This document shows positions 30,688 to 32,569 of a stretch of DNA of 32,569 bases, one piece after another; position 1 is the first letter of the stretch; each line of letters begins with the position of its first letter. The DNA is taken from IMG/VR virus record IMGVR_UViG_2049941000_000863. The stretch is one strand, 5' to 3'. The notes under the pieces are model-generated. The model worked only from the letters and a program-made list of their open reading frames with translations, was not told the DNA's origin and searched no databases. The DNA comes from an uncultured virus (IMG/VR IMGVR_UViG_2049941000_000863). Taxonomy: Duplodnaviria > Heunggongvirae > Uroviricota > Caudoviricetes. Both the position numbers and the translations under genes were made by a program.

Positions 30688-32569
30688 ATGTTCAAGGCAG
30701 ACCGTCTCATAAAAAGGAAATCTACACCCGCGGATATGGATTCCGTAAGGGTGCGTAAGAAGGAAATCCGCGTCAAGGACAAGGATGTGGACTTGCTAAA
30801 ACGCTGTGAGGCCGTCTGGATGAATCTCGATTCATTCCGCCAGCAGCGTGCCCGTGGACACAGGTTCTATGACGGAGACCAGTGGGCAGACCCGATTACC
30901 GTGAACGGCAAGACCATGACCTACCGCCAGTATCTCATGCAGACCGGTAATGTCGTCATTCAGACCAACCAGATAAAGAACCGCGTGGACACGATCGCTG
31001 GCGTGATGGTGAAGGAAAGGAACGAGCCGGTATGCCATGCTATCGACCGCGACGAGCAGCAGTATGGCGAGGTCGTGACAAACGCAATACAGGCCAACTG
31101 CGACAAGAATGTGATGCCCGAACTCTACATCAAGTGGATTAAGGACCTGAACCTGGGCGGTCTGGCGGTCTCCTATGAATCCTACGATGCTACACATGGC
31201 CCGAATAGAAGGCTCGATTCCTGGACGCAATACATCAACCCAAACCTTGTTTTCTTCGATGGCGGTGGTGTAGATCCCCGTTTCTGGGACCTGTCAATCG
31301 TTGGCAGGTTCTATTACGGCGCGNNNNNNNNNNCCAAAGTCCGATTGCCCTGGACATGACGACATCATCATGCTTTCCGTGTTCGGCATCGGTCTTTCCG
31401 TGGTCTTCCATGTATGATGCCATCTGCGAGCAGCAGAGTTGTGAAGGCTCGTCCCACAGGTCGTCTNNNNNNNNNNTCGGCTATGAGGAAATCATCGACG
31501 CTGATGATTATGAATACCGCAAGCAGGTAAAGTCCGAGAACGAGCGCCGCAAGAAACTTGCGGTCGCATCCGGTTGGGACGAGGACGAGGCCCCTTACAT
31601 CATCGGAGACGGATATGGCAAAGACGATGTGGAGCGTAACGGATTCTTCATCGACACTTACTGGTACTGCCGTTTCCTGGCACCTGACGGAACTATACTT
31701 TGGGAAGGCGAATCCCCTTACGCAGACCGCACGCATCCGTTCAACTTCTGCATCTTCTCATACATCGACGGCAGGATTGTCGGCTACATGAACGATGCAA
31801 TCGACCACAATATCGCCATGAACAGGGCGGTCGTCCTTCACGACTGGCTCGTCCGTTCGCAGGCGAAGGGCGTTACGGTCGTACCGCGAAGGCTACTCGG
31901 AGGGAAAATCACCGAGAAGGAATTTGCGCGCGCATGGGCAAGCATTGACGACCTTGTTTATGTGGACATAGGGCCAGGCGAGGAAGAACTTCTGCCGAAG
32001 CAGTTCCACGGAGTTGCTCAGACTTTCGATGTCGGAGGCTTGCTGGCGACATACCAGCACCTCATGGACGCTGGTTCTCCTGTGAACGGTGCCCTGCAGG
32101 GCAAAACGCCGAACTCTGGCACATCGGGAACGCTGTATGCCCAGATGAGCGCGAATGCGTCCACGCCTATCGCTGCCCTTATGGAGCAGTTCCACAACTT
32201 TGTACTGGCCGTGCTCAACAAGAAGATGAAGAACATCGTCAGTTTCTACGATACGGACAGGTTCGAGAAGATTGCCGGACGCATCGACACTCTCTACGAC
32301 ATGTCCGCTATCAACCTGAACGAGATAGCAGACCTCGAATACGACCTGCGCATCAAGGAAAGTGCGGACACTCCCGTTTTCCGCGAGATGCAGGAACAAG
32401 ACCTCCTTACTTTCCTCCAAGCCGGTTTCATCACATTCGAGGAATACCTGGAGGCCAGCAGCAAGCCGTATGTGGACAAGATCCTCCAGAAACGGCAGGC
32501 ACGACAGGCCGAAATGGAAGCAGCGGAACAGGCCGGGATGCCAACGGGGTCCGCGCCGGAAGCGGTTCC
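30688..32569 (+). CDS. Portal protein (P22-like), 3'-truncated and interrupted by a misplaced contig
   Basis: RFYDGDQW...TNQIKNRVDTIAG in 30688-31323. From 31479 an open frame to the window end reads YWYCRFLAPDGTILWEGESPY...HPF...YIDGRIVGYMNDAIDHN...AKGV...VNGALQGKTP (absent from the ORF track because it has no stop). Confidence 0.85.
31334..31466 (-). CDS. terL: Terminase large subunit, C-terminal nuclease fragment (misplaced 133-bp contig)
   Basis: Minus strand reads DDLWDEPSQLCCSQMASYMEDHGKTDAEHGKHDDVVMSRAIGLW; GxHDDxVMxxAI is the terminal acidic motif of TerL RNase H-like domains. Confidence 0.75.

Noticed and set aside
1..32569. CRISPR array, tRNA/rRNA, integrase/IS, DGR reverse transcriptase, alternative genetic code
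   Set aside because: No spaced repeats, RNA-gene signatures or such enzyme motifs were seen. Genes are open under the standard code and end in TAA, TAG and TGA.

Overview
Late (virion/lysis) region of a tailed dsDNA phage or prophage, probably podovirus-like and infecting Bacteroidales (inferred from protein families, SD-less A-rich starts and TAnnTTTG elements). The assembly is a low-coverage scaffold with many N gaps; the 10-N gaps are placeholders of unknown length and at least two small contigs look misplaced. Order on +: two Q/A-rich putative ejection proteins, then one giant (~24 kb, roughly 8,000 aa) polyvalent protein split only by gaps. Its modules are a DdrB-like ParB domain, a zeta-toxin-like kinase, a DarB-like N6-adenine methylase plus SF2 helicase, three zincin-like metallopeptidases, a MuF-C/PBECR-like nuclease, LPD23 and a C-terminal LPD38. 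It is followed by a tail tube/stabilisation protein, a lysis cassette (holin-like, Amidase_3 endolysin, lipoprotein/spanin) and a P22-like portal running off the end, with a stray terminase fragment. The most interesting signal is a set of four small ORFs nested in the +1 frame inside the giant gene (6689-6838, 10239->10443, 10878-11012, 11810-11974). They sit at effector-domain boundaries, two have strikingly gene-like codon usage, and there are intragenic Bacteroidetes-type promoter motifs nearby. They are candidate overprinted antitoxins or regulators of the polyprotein's own effector domains. A 19-bp motif with a fixed-spacing downstream box precedes both the lysis cassette and the portal gene (candidate late promoter). 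All family assignments are from motif recognition by eye, not database searches.
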